34,183 nt of DNA from Promethearchaeota archaeon. Its GTDB lineage: Archaea > Asgardarchaeota > Lokiarchaeia > Sigyniarchaeales > SOKP01. The notes beneath the pieces are model-generated. The model ran no database searches and had not been told where the DNA came from. It worked only from the letters and a program-made list of their open reading frames with translations. Shown piece by piece: positions 18,985-28,371 of the stretch. The DNA lies in NCBI GenBank assembly GCA_048938895.1, contig JBHLLU010000043.1, forward strand, positions 1 through 34,183, given 5' to 3'. Position 1 is the stretch's first letter; the number at the start of each line of letters is the position of its first letter. Made by a program: the position numbers and the translations under genes.

Positions 18985-19688
18985 AAATTTTCTGTTTTAA
19001 TTTTTAAACCTTTATTATAACGGGTTTTTGATTTTTCTACTAAAATTAGAGGGTTTTTTATATAAGCATTTTTAGCGATATTAATAGGAATTCCTAATAA
19101 GGAATAGCATATGCTTATTAAAGCTCTTGGGTGTCTGTAATTATAAATATTCGTAAAATTCCCACTTATAATATAATTTGCCTTTAAGGATGTCGCAATT
19201 TGTATATTTTTATATAATGTTCTAAAATTTTTAGACTGAATAGTATTATTACTGACCATAAGAGGTGCAAGTGAGAACTCTATAAAAGATTCATTTTGTT
19301 TCGTTAGTGAGATTACTCCTGGTGTTAGCATTTTAAGAATTTCTGGATCCGAAAATGAAACCAAATCTACTCTTGAGTCTTTAGCAGATTGTAATTGGAC
19401 CTCCTTATTCATCGATTCTATTGAAAGTATATCTCGCGTGTTAGTAAATTTTCTAATATTGGTTTTAAATTCCTCAAGATTTTCTGGTTTTAAAGTGGTT
19501 CTGAAGTAGATATTAATATCTGATCTGGTTTGTAATTTCTTTCTAAGCTCTAAAGGGATTTTGTTTTTATTATTCACAGCTTCTAAAATTACATTTTTAA
19601 TACCTAAATCCTTACATAATTTTATTTTTGTTTCTATTTCCTCTAAATTATTGAAATCTACAGGTAACCTTGATTCAAAATATGACAC
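18981..19688 (-). CDS. rnp3: RNase P protein component 3 (Rpp30)
   Basis: DSRVDLV, IEFSLAPL, IISG...YRHPRAL...LGI...NP; adjacent to Pop5. Confidence 0.88.
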   Translation of the reverse strand: MSYFESRLPVDFNNLEEIETKIKLCKDLGIKNVILEAVNNKNKIPLELRKKLQTRSDINIYFRTTLKPENLEEFKTNIRKFTNTRDILSIESMNKEVQLQSAKDSRVDLVSFSDPEILKMLTPGVISLTKQNESFIEFSLAPLMVSNNTIQSKNFRTLYKNIQIATSLKANYIISGNFTNIYNYRHPRALISICYSLLGIPINIAKNAYIKNPLILVEKSKTRYNKGLKIKTENL

Positions 19689-19800
19689 AGAGTTATAAAC
19701 CTCAAAAAAACTGCTTTAAACTATATAATTAATTAAGATTTTTTAAAAATAAAAAAATTTTAGTATAAATGAATATTTAAGATGTTGAATTTCCAAAAAA

Positions 19801-21102
19801 ATGGGGTTTTTTGTTATTAAAAGAAGAAAGCTCTCAGAAATGAGAAAAAAAATTGAAGATGGAACTGCTGTAGTTTTGACGGTGCAGGACTTGTTAAATA
19901 TGATACATGATGATGAAAAAGTTGAATTTGAGGATGTCGATGTAATCACAACCGCTACGAAGGCGCTGATGAGTGGAATTATGGGAATTTTTTCATTCAG
20001 ACTAAGCCCTCCTAGAACTTTACGAAAATTTACAGAAATAAGTATGAATGGGATTCCGTGCTTTCCCGGTCCCTGCCCAAATGAATACCTAGGTATAGTC
20101 GATTTGATAACTTATGGAACTGCTCAAAGTGGTACCATTGAAAATTACTGTGGAGGTTCCCTGTTTAGAGATCTTGTGGAAGGGAAAACAATTGATATAG
20201 AAGCAAAAAGCTCTGAGGGGGAAATTGTAAAAAAAGATTTGCTGTTAGAAGATATGCAGTTTGCTAAATTAATGGGAACAAGACAAGCCATTAAAAATTA
20301 CAATGCAATGATAAATTGTGAAACATATAGCGTAGATACTATTTTCTCTTGTCTCCCTTTTGAACCCAATAAATCAGAAATCACATTTTCTGGTTGTGGA
20401 GCCCTAAATCCTTTTCAAAATGATCCTGAATTTGAATCTTTTGGGATAGGATCACCAATCCTAGTCAATGGGAATATTGGATATCTCATAGGTCCTGGAA
20501 CTCGAAATTATATTGAAAAGCCCAATATGATGACAATATCCTCTTTTTTAGGTATGAAACCAGAATTTATGGGTGCTTTTAAAACCTCTTTTGGACTAGA
20601 ACCAATATGTAGTTTAGCAATCCCTATACCTATTTTAAATGAGAAAATTTTTAATAACCTTGTAAAATCGGACAATGAAGTTAAATTAAATGTTTTAAGC
20701 TTAGTTGGAAGGGAAAAAGTAGGGGAAGTTACCTATGGAGACGTTTGGGATAATAATTTCAGGATGAAGTTTAATTCAGATGCATGTAAAGGATGTGACA
20801 GTTGTAATGCTATTGGAAAATGTCCAACAAATGCATTCATTATCAAAAGTGGAATCATCTCTGGAATAGACCGTTCTCGTTGCTTTAATTGTGGAAATTG
20901 TGTACATTTGTGTCCAGAAGCATTTAAATTGGATATGAAGCGGGTTAATCTTGAAGGAACTGAGATCCCTGTTGTATTAAGGCAATCAGACAGATATGGG
21001 GCAATTTTACTGGCAGAGCAACTGAAGTCTATGATACTTAATGGAGAATTTCCATTAAAAAGGCCTATCAGTAAATTAAAATTTGCTAAGGAAGTGAAAT
21101 AA
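19801..21102 (+). CDS. DUF39 plus 2x[4Fe-4S] ferredoxin protein (methanogenesis marker 16-like)
   Basis: AVVLT, DVDVITTAT, GPCPNE, FSGCG-x-LNP-x-QNDP, CxxCxxC...CP and CFNCGNCVHLCP, LRQSDR. Confidence 0.8.
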   Translation: MGFFVIKRRKLSEMRKKIEDGTAVVLTVQDLLNMIHDDEKVEFEDVDVITTATKALMSGIMGIFSFRLSPPRTLRKFTEISMNGIPCFPGPCPNEYLGIVDLITYGTAQSGTIENYCGGSLFRDLVEGKTIDIEAKSSEGEIVKKDLLLEDMQFAKLMGTRQAIKNYNAMINCETYSVDTIFSCLPFEPNKSEITFSGCGALNPFQNDPEFESFGIGSPILVNGNIGYLIGPGTRNYIEKPNMMTISSFLGMKPEFMGAFKTSFGLEPICSLAIPIPILNEKIFNNLVKSDNEVKLNVLSLVGREKVGEVTYGDVWDNNFRMKFNSDACKGCDSCNAIGKCPTNAFIIKSGIISGIDRSRCFNCGNCVHLCPEAFKLDMKRVNLEGTEIPVVLRQSDRYGAILLAEQLKSMILNGEFPLKRPISKLKFAKEVK

Positions 21103-21184
21103 GAGATTAATATTATTTCTGCATTTAAATCCATTAATCATATTGTTAATAAAGTTTATTTTTTATTTGTTATTTTGGGGAACT

Positions 21185-22918
21185 ATGAGTAAGCAAATTA
21201 TAAATGGTGGAGATTTAACTGTTAAATGCCTTGTAAAAGAAGGAGTTAGTAAAATATTTGGATTAGTTGGTGGTGAATTATTAAGAATATATGATGCTGT
21301 AGAACGTTGGGGTCGAGAACAAGGCATTGATACCGTTATGGTAAGACATGAACAAGCTGGAGGACATATGGCAGATGCTTGGGCTAGAGCGACTGGAGAG
21401 CTTGGTGTTTGTTTAGGGACTGTTGGACCAGGGGTAACTCATCTTGTCCCCGCTGTTGCCACTGCTAATGCTGATTCTATTCCATTGTTAGTTATTGGTG
21501 CTCAGATTGGGAGGATGTTTGAGGATACAGGTATTCTACAGGGAGGAATTGATCAAATTGCTTTAATGAAGCCTATAACAAAAGCCCAAATACAAGTAGA
21601 GGAACCTTGGGAAATTCCAAAAGCAATCCAAAAAGCAATAAGAATTGCATTATCTGGAAGAAGAGGTCCTGTTTACCTTGAATTTAGGGAAACTGCATTA
21701 GTCAGAAACGCCACCGAAGATGATAGTAAGAAGATTTTATCACCTGACAAGTATAGACCGTTAACTAGACCTAATGGAGAATTAAAAGATATTAACCATG
21801 CTGTTGAAATCTTAAAAAATGGTAAAAAACCATTGATAGTTGCAGGAGGTGGTGTAATAGCTTCAGAGGCTTCAAAAGAATTAACCCTTCTCTCTGAAAC
21901 CTATATGATACCTGCAGGAACCACTATTAATGGAATTGGATCAATAGGGAGTGACAAAAAAACATTTTTAGATTCATACTTAATTAATGATTCTTATCGT
22001 ACTGCTGCAGCTGAAGCGGATATAGTATTATCTTTTGGATGTAAGTGGGATTATTCATTATTTTATGGAGCCTTGCCACTATGGAATCAAGATCAGAAGA
22101 TAATTCAAATTGATATCGATCCAAATGAAATTGGAAAAAATAGACCAATTGAAGTTGGAATTGTTGGTGATTGTAAAGCAGTTCTTCATCAAATCTTAAA
22201 TGAAATGGAAAAAAGTCTTCCCAAAAGTAAAATTACTGAATGGACAGAATGGAATAATTATTTACAGGAAACAAGAAAGACTCAGTTAGATTCGAATCTT
22301 AAAATATTAGAATCAAAGAAATTACCTATGAAACCAGAGAGACTTGTTTATGAAGTATTCGATTTTATCCCTAAAGATGCCCAAATAGTATTAGATGGAG
22401 GAGATATTGCAGTATTTTCCTATAAATTTATTAATCATAAACCACGGTCACCTAGAACTACGTTTTTTCCAATTTCAATGGGACATCTAGGTATTGGTAT
22501 TCCTTATTCTATAGCTGTGAAAATAGCAAAACCAGATAAACTTGTTATGTGTTTAACGGGAGACGGGAGCTTTTTATTTAATGTTCAAGAATTAGAGACT
22601 GCTGTAAGATTAAACTTACCAATAATTATAGTTATTGCTAACAATTGTGCTTGGGGAATGATAAAAAGTAATCAGAAAAAAGCTTTCAGTAGAAGATATT
22701 GTGATGTTGACTTTCCATCGATTGATTATTCAGAAATTGCTAAGGGTTTCGGTTGCTATGGAGAAAAGATTGAAAATCCTGAAGATGTTAAACCTGCAAT
22801 CCAAAGAGCAATAGAATCACAAAAACCAGCAGTTATTGATGTTAGCATTGCATTTGAAACACCAACACCAATGAGATTTTTAGCTCAATATAAAAAGAAT
22901 AAAGGGCTTTTCGGTTAA
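21185..22918 (+). CDS. Thiamine diphosphate-dependent enzyme (acetolactate synthase large subunit-like)
   Basis: RHEQAGGHMADAWARATG, GPG, IQIDIDP-x-EIG, GDGSF...NN motif; ATG 21185. Confidence 0.92.
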   Translation: MSKQIINGGDLTVKCLVKEGVSKIFGLVGGELLRIYDAVERWGREQGIDTVMVRHEQAGGHMADAWARATGELGVCLGTVGPGVTHLVPAVATANADSIPLLVIGAQIGRMFEDTGILQGGIDQIALMKPITKAQIQVEEPWEIPKAIQKAIRIALSGRRGPVYLEFRETALVRNATEDDSKKILSPDKYRPLTRPNGELKDINHAVEILKNGKKPLIVAGGGVIASEASKELTLLSETYMIPAGTTINGIGSIGSDKKTFLDSYLINDSYRTAAAEADIVLSFGCKWDYSLFYGALPLWNQDQKIIQIDIDPNEIGKNRPIEVGIVGDCKAVLHQILNEMEKSLPKSKITEWTEWNNYLQETRKTQLDSNLKILESKKLPMKPERLVYEVFDFIPKDAQIVLDGGDIAVFSYKFINHKPRSPRTTFFPISMGHLGIGIPYSIAVKIAKPDKLVMCLTGDGSFLFNVQELETAVRLNLPIIIVIANNCAWGMIKSNQKKAFSRRYCDVDFPSIDYSEIAKGFGCYGEKIENPEDVKPAIQRAIESQKPAVIDVSIAFETPTPMRFLAQYKKNKGLFG

Positions 22919-22960
22919 ACAAACGTATAAACAAACCAACTTTTAAGGTGAGATGAAAAA

Positions 22961-23755
22961 TTGAGTGAAAAATTTTTAGAAGGAAAAGTAGCATTAGTCA
23001 CAGGCGCAGGAAGCGGATTTGGGCGCGAGATGGCAATTGCTTTTGCGAGTAAAGGGGCAAATTTAGCATTAAACGATATTAACCTAGAGGGGATTAATGA
23101 AACTCGGGAATTGATTTTAAAATCATATAACGTGGATATTGTTCTCGCAGAAGCGGACATTTCGAATGAGGAACAAGTTGAAAAAATGAGGAGAGATGTC
23201 TTTCAACAATTTGATAATCTTTTTCTCTTGGTAAATAATGCAGGAATAAGAGGGGGATCATCTACATTAAAGACTAAACCGAATGATTATGATAAGGTAA
23301 TGGATGTAAATGTGAAAGGAGCGTGGAATGTAACAAGAGTATTTTATAGAAAGATGAGTAAACAAAAGTTTAAACCCGTTGCAGGGAAAATTATAAATAT
23401 TACATCATGCGCAGGAACAGAATGTGGTCTCAATCCTTTTATTGGAATGTATAGTGTGAGTAAAGCAGCTCTTATTGCCTTTACGAAGCTTTGGGCACTT
23501 GAATTAGGGCAGAATAATATCACTGTCAATGGTATTTGCCCAGGAATATTTCTCACTCCCATCTACAACAATGATCCGGAATTCATAAGAGAATGGATAA
23601 AGTTAAGAAATATTAAAATCCCAATAAACCAAATTGGTGAGGCTAAACAGGTTGCCGAAGTAGCATTATTCCTAGCTTCACCTGCCTCAGATTATATAAC
23701 AGGACAAAATATAATCATAGATGGTGGGATGACTTTAAGTATAAACAAATTATAA
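22961..23755 (+). CDS. SDR family oxidoreductase (FabG-like)
   Basis: TGAGSGFG, NNAG, YSVSK, ICPG, YITGQ-x-I-x-IDGG; AGGTGA SD before the TTG start. Confidence 0.93.
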   Translation: MSEKFLEGKVALVTGAGSGFGREMAIAFASKGANLALNDINLEGINETRELILKSYNVDIVLAEADISNEEQVEKMRRDVFQQFDNLFLLVNNAGIRGGSSTLKTKPNDYDKVMDVNVKGAWNVTRVFYRKMSKQKFKPVAGKIINITSCAGTECGLNPFIGMYSVSKAALIAFTKLWALELGQNNITVNGICPGIFLTPIYNNDPEFIREWIKLRNIKIPINQIGEAKQVAEVALFLASPASDYITGQNIIIDGGMTLSINKL

Positions 23756-23775
23756 CACTATTATGTTTTTTCTTT

Positions 23776-24216
23776 TTAGGTTATTTTTTCACATTCAGAA
23801 TTAATAGCTTTCATTGTAACATTGAAATCCTGCCACCAATCTTGACCTTGTTGAGCAACCAGCATAGGATCAATTTTTCTAGAATCTAAGCATCTGATTT
23901 CTTCTTTATGTGCCTTAATTTTGGCTTTCCAAATTTCCGAAAAGATACCCTGTATATTTATTTTAACTTTTTTCACTAATTCTTCATAAGAAACTGAAAC
24001 ATCTTCCGTTTTCTGGAGTTTTTGAAGTTGCTCGAATTTTACCTTTTCTTTTGCTCGATTTAAATCTCCACAACTAATACTAATTGAAAAAGGCTCATCT
24101 TTACCCCATTTACAGAACTGTTGAATTTCACAGAGAGAACAATAATCATTGAACCCTATTGTATAATCCTCTAGTCCGACAATTGAATAATTTAAAATTT
24201 TAGGCATAAATACCAC
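23776..24216 (-). CDS. Hypothetical protein with CxxC-x5-C-x12-C metal-binding-like motif
   Basis: YCSLCEIQQFCKWG...ISC. Confidence 0.75.
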   Translation of the reverse strand: MVFMPKILNYSIVGLEDYTIGFNDYCSLCEIQQFCKWGKDEPFSISISCGDLNRAKEKVKFEQLQKLQKTEDVSVSYEELVKKVKINIQGIFSEIWKAKIKAHKEEIRCLDSRKIDPMLVAQQGQDWWQDFNVTMKAINSECEKIT

Positions 24217-24361
24217 TAAGTTGTTTAACTAAAATAAATCCTATATACTATTATATTTTAGGTCAAAAAATTTTTTAAATACTTATTATTAAATTTAATA
24301 GTTAGCTATTGTTTTTTATTAAAATATCAAAGTATCAAAATAACATTTTATTCCCAAATAA

Positions 24362-24435
24362 GGGAGAGTGGCTTAGCCTGGTATAGCGCACGGCTGATAA
24401 CCGTGAGGTCGGGGGTTCGAAGCCCCCCTTTCCCA
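24362..24435 (+). tRNA. tRNA-Ile(GAT)
   Basis: GGGAGAG...CACGG CTGATAA CCGTG AGGTC GGGGG TTCGAAG CCCCC CTTTCCC A; T-tract follows; no intron. Confidence 0.96.
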
Positions 24436-24512
24436 TTTCTTTTTTTATTTGAGTTAATTTCAATAAGGTTCATTGACTTCATTAAATATAGATCTATCTA
24501 TTAAAATTGCAT

Positions 24513-25109
24513 ATGAAAACTATAATAATTTCTGGAACACCTGGTTGTGGTAAAACCTCTGTTGCGCATGAATTGTCAAATTTAATTCTAGGTAAAATAA
24601 TTTCTTTAAATGAATTGGCTATTTCTGAAAATTTTTCTTTTGACTATGATGAAGATAGAAAAACCGTGATTGTTGATTTTAAAATATTTCTTCCAAATGT
24701 TTTGAAGAAAATTAAAAACCTTAAAAAAAAAAACCCACATCATATCATAATAGAAAGTCATTTTTCTGATGTGATTCCAAATAAATACATTGATTATGCA
24801 TTCATTTTAAGATGCAATCCAGATGAATTAATTAATCGTCTAAAGAAAAAGAATTATAACTCAAAAAAAATAAAAGAAAATATTCAAGCGGAAATATTGG
24901 GAAATTGTACGAATTATTTTATAGAAAAAAATACAAAAAAACCTTTATTCGAAATTGATACATCAAATTTATCAATAGAAGCAGTTGCCAAAATAATTGA
25001 AGAGATTATAAACGGTAAGCAGGAAGGAAAGGAATATAGTATCGGTAAGATCGATTGGCTAGAAAAATTATATCAGGAAGACAGGTTAAAAGAATTTTTT
25101 GATGAATAA
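24513..25109 (+). CDS. Fap7/AK6-type adenylate kinase
   Basis: SGTPGCGKT, IIESH, LRC-x-P, ENIQAEI, EIDT, IDWL. Confidence 0.9.
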   Translation: MKTIIISGTPGCGKTSVAHELSNLILGKIISLNELAISENFSFDYDEDRKTVIVDFKIFLPNVLKKIKNLKKKNPHHIIIESHFSDVIPNKYIDYAFILRCNPDELINRLKKKNYNSKKIKENIQAEILGNCTNYFIEKNTKKPLFEIDTSNLSIEAVAKIIEEIINGKQEGKEYSIGKIDWLEKLYQEDRLKEFFDE

Positions 25110-25133
25110 TAAGTATCAAATTAGGGCAGAATT

Positions 25134-26780
25134 GTGAATTGGGAAATATTAGATACTGATGCTTTAGGACGTATAGGGAAACTATCTATAAATAAGAAGG
25201 AAATGATAACTCCAAATTTATTTCCTGTAGTGCATCCCTATATAAACATTCTTAGTGTGCCAAATATAAAGAAAATTGGTGCTCAATGTGTATTTACGAA
25301 TGCTTATATCATTTATCAAAACCCAGAGATACGGGAATCTGTTTTAAAAAAAGGAATTCATAACTATCTAAAGTTTAATGGAATTATAGCCACAGATAGT
25401 GGTGCTTTTCAAAAATATATGTACAATAAAACCGATATCGACATTAATGCGGAGGTTATCGAACATTTCCAAGAAGATATAGGATCAGATTTTCCTGTAA
25501 TTTTAGATATTCCAGTTCAACCTGATGATGATTATAGGGCTGCTGAAGAAAAGGTTCATTTATCAATACAAAGGGCTAAAGATAATATTAATCGTAGAAG
25601 CAATCACATCTGTCATTGGTTTGGACCAATTCATGGAGGTAAATATTTGGACTTATTGAGAATTAGCACAAAGGAGATGAGTAAACTAGATTTTGATGTG
25701 TTCGCAATAGGGGGATTGGTCAAACATTTATTGGATTATAGATTTGATTTAGTAAGTAAAATTCTCTTAAATGTAAAGAGAGAAATTATCAGTAGTAAAC
25801 CTATTCATATGTTTGGATTAGGTTTACCTCAATTCTTTTCACTTGCGGTAGCATGTGGTTGCGATCTCATGGATTCTGCTGCATATGTACTTTTTGCCAA
25901 AGAAAATAGATATTTTACTTTATCCACAGGGACAAGAAGATTAGAAGAACTTGATGAATTTCCATGCCACTGCCCTATTTGTTGTGAATATGAGCCTAAA
26001 GAAGTAATAAATATGGATGAAAACTTTCGAACTGAAACGTTAGCGAAACATAATTTGTATATTTCCTTTTCAGAATTGAGAACTGTTCGTCAAGCGATCA
26101 AAGAGGGGAATCTATGGGAACTAGTTGAGCAAAGAGTAAGAAACCACCCCGCATTAGTAAAAGCTTTAAAAATGATTAAGTCGGAATTACCATTTTTTGA
26201 GAAGTATGAAAAACTCTATAAATCACATGGGAGACTATATACATCCTTAGAGAGTCTAGAACGTCCTCTATTCTACCGATATGAGCAAAGGATACGTACT
26301 AACTACAGAATACCACAAGAGGTTAAATATTTAGTTTTATTACCAGAATTGGATGTAAAAGGTTTAAAATCACCAAGTATAAAGAAATGGTTGGATGTAA
26401 TTGATGAGAATGTAATTGTTCCCAGAAAATTGCTTCACATCGCATTCATCTCTGACTTTTATGGAACTATTCCTCTTGAATTAACTTCTACTTTCCCTAT
26501 GGGGCAAAATGAGGCTGTTGATATTCTAGAACTCGAAAATGAAGGTTATACAAGACTAGAAAAAAGGATTAATACATATTTTACGTTGTTTGGGCACTAT
26601 TATAAGAAATGTGGAGTATTACTCCCAAACAATTATATTAATCAATTCAATGAGATAACTAGCTACTCAAAAAAAGATATTTATATCAACTTATTTGAGA
26701 ATATCATTTCAGATTTATCATATAATATTTCCATTTTTGATGATTTGGGAGATCTTTTGGAATTCTTTAAACAGGGATGA
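25134..26780 (+). CDS. tgtA: Archaeosine tRNA-guanine(15) transglycosylase
   Basis: TDSGAFQ, HMFGLG, DLMDSAAY, CHCPIC...HN, RQAIKEGNLWELVEQR-x-R-x-HP. Confidence 0.93.
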   Translation: MNWEILDTDALGRIGKLSINKKEMITPNLFPVVHPYINILSVPNIKKIGAQCVFTNAYIIYQNPEIRESVLKKGIHNYLKFNGIIATDSGAFQKYMYNKTDIDINAEVIEHFQEDIGSDFPVILDIPVQPDDDYRAAEEKVHLSIQRAKDNINRRSNHICHWFGPIHGGKYLDLLRISTKEMSKLDFDVFAIGGLVKHLLDYRFDLVSKILLNVKREIISSKPIHMFGLGLPQFFSLAVACGCDLMDSAAYVLFAKENRYFTLSTGTRRLEELDEFPCHCPICCEYEPKEVINMDENFRTETLAKHNLYISFSELRTVRQAIKEGNLWELVEQRVRNHPALVKALKMIKSELPFFEKYEKLYKSHGRLYTSLESLERPLFYRYEQRIRTNYRIPQEVKYLVLLPELDVKGLKSPSIKKWLDVIDENVIVPRKLLHIAFISDFYGTIPLELTSTFPMGQNEAVDILELENEGYTRLEKRINTYFTLFGHYYKKCGVLLPNNYINQFNEITSYSKKDIYINLFENIISDLSYNISIFDDLGDLLEFFKQG

Positions 26781-27205
26781 TTTTGAAAGTTATTGAAAGA
26801 ATATACGCATGGGGTCATGAAAAAATGATGTGTACTCATCGTACTACAATAGAAATTACTAAAGATAAGAATATGTCGAAACAAGGAGATTGTATTATAG
26901 GTGTGAGTGCTTCAAAAGCGTGTGTTGACTTATCTAAAAAGTTAAAAATCCAAATAAAAGACGAGAAAAAGATTAAAGTTATTTTAAAGGTGGATGAGAT
27001 CCAAGATAGTTTCTACGGTTATGGAAATAGAAGATTACAATTACTGGATAGAAATGATATGGTTTTTCGTAAGAGCAACTTTATATGTGAAAGAACTGCC
27101 TTAATCAACTGCTCTAAGTCCTCAATTGAAATAGATAGGGATTTAATTAAGAGTTTAAGAAATTCTAATAAAAAATTATCAATTATTTTTGAAGTGGATG
27201 AATGA
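26777..27205 (+). CDS. DUF371 family protein
   Basis: GH...THRTTIEITKD...GDCIIGV-x-A-x-KA...VFRKS-x-F...RT. Confidence 0.88.
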   Translation: MILKVIERIYAWGHEKMMCTHRTTIEITKDKNMSKQGDCIIGVSASKACVDLSKKLKIQIKDEKKIKVILKVDEIQDSFYGYGNRRLQLLDRNDMVFRKSNFICERTALINCSKSSIEIDRDLIKSLRNSNKKLSIIFEVDE

Positions 27206-28358
27206 TCCAGACCTAAATGATAAGGAAAATGTATTTTTTGTAAAACTAAGGGCCAAAGATGCTCAATATTTTATTCAATTTATAAAAGAAAACTTTGGTA
27301 AAGAAATTATAATTAACCGAAGGTATAAAATTGAGCAAGAAGGAAACTTTAAGCTTTTCCCATTATTAGACAGAAAAGAAATAATTGATAGATTATTTAA
27401 AGAGATACAAAATCACAATCCAGTCGAAATTGTTACCAAAAAACCGATTTTTAATCCAAATTTCAAATTTAAAACCCTTGAGGAAGCGTTACGTGGAAAA
27501 ATCTCTGCTAGTTATATTAATATAATTCCAAAATCCTATGATGTTATCGGAAATATCGCAATCCTCGAGTTTGAGAAACTAGGCGAATTTAATAATAGTG
27601 GATTTAGTAATTTTAAACAACTAGTAGCAAAAGCGGTAATTGAAGTAAATAAAAATGTCTATTCTGTATTTGAGAAAAAAAGTGAAATCAAAGGACCATA
27701 TCGACTAAGAGATTTGGGATTTTTGGTGGGTGAAAATAATACAGAGACTATACATAAGGAAAATGGTTGTACTCTTCACTTAGATATAAAAAAAACATAT
27801 TTTTCACCAAGATTAGTGTTTGAAAGGCAGAGAGTTTCGGAAAGTGATATAAATGAAAAAGAAGTGATTGTAGATATGTTCGCGGGTGTAGGTCCATTTT
27901 CTATACAAATAGCTAAGTTAAATTCGGTTCTCATACATTCCTTTGATGTGAATCCTCATGCTTTTAATTATCTTCAAAAAAATATCAATTCCAATCAACT
28001 GAAGGGAAAAGTTATTGCTTATAATATGAACATCAGAGACCTACTCAAACCATCGAATCAAATTGGAAAAGAATTAAGTGGTTCAGTTGATCGAATAATA
28101 ATGAATTTGCCTGAAAGCTCCATGAATTTTATTGATGTTTTAGTTTATTTGTTGAAAAAATCAGGAGGTTTATTACATTTCTATCATTTCGCAGAAAAAC
28201 CAAACCCAATTGAAAATACATTGACGGATTTGGAAAACAATCTAAATGAATTCAAATGGAAAATAAAGGATATTATTAATTCCAAGATTGTGAAATCATT
28301 TTCTCCTAAGGCAGAGTTAGTTGTACTAGACTTAAGCATTGCGTATTTAAATCCGTAA
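27189..28358 (+). CDS. trm5: Trm5-family tRNA (G37-N1) methyltransferase
   Basis: SYDVIGNIAI, HKENG, YFSPRL-x-FER, DMFAGVGPFSI, DVNP, DRIIMNLP. Confidence 0.88.
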   Translation: MKWMNDPDLNDKENVFFVKLRAKDAQYFIQFIKENFGKEIIINRRYKIEQEGNFKLFPLLDRKEIIDRLFKEIQNHNPVEIVTKKPIFNPNFKFKTLEEALRGKISASYINIIPKSYDVIGNIAILEFEKLGEFNNSGFSNFKQLVAKAVIEVNKNVYSVFEKKSEIKGPYRLRDLGFLVGENNTETIHKENGCTLHLDIKKTYFSPRLVFERQRVSESDINEKEVIVDMFAGVGPFSIQIAKLNSVLIHSFDVNPHAFNYLQKNINSNQLKGKVIAYNMNIRDLLKPSNQIGKELSGSVDRIIMNLPESSMNFIDVLVYLLKKSGGLLHFYHFAEKPNPIENTLTDLENNLNEFKWKIKDIINSKIVKSFSPKAELVVLDLSIAYLNP

Positions 28359-28371
28359 TTTGTCTTTAATT

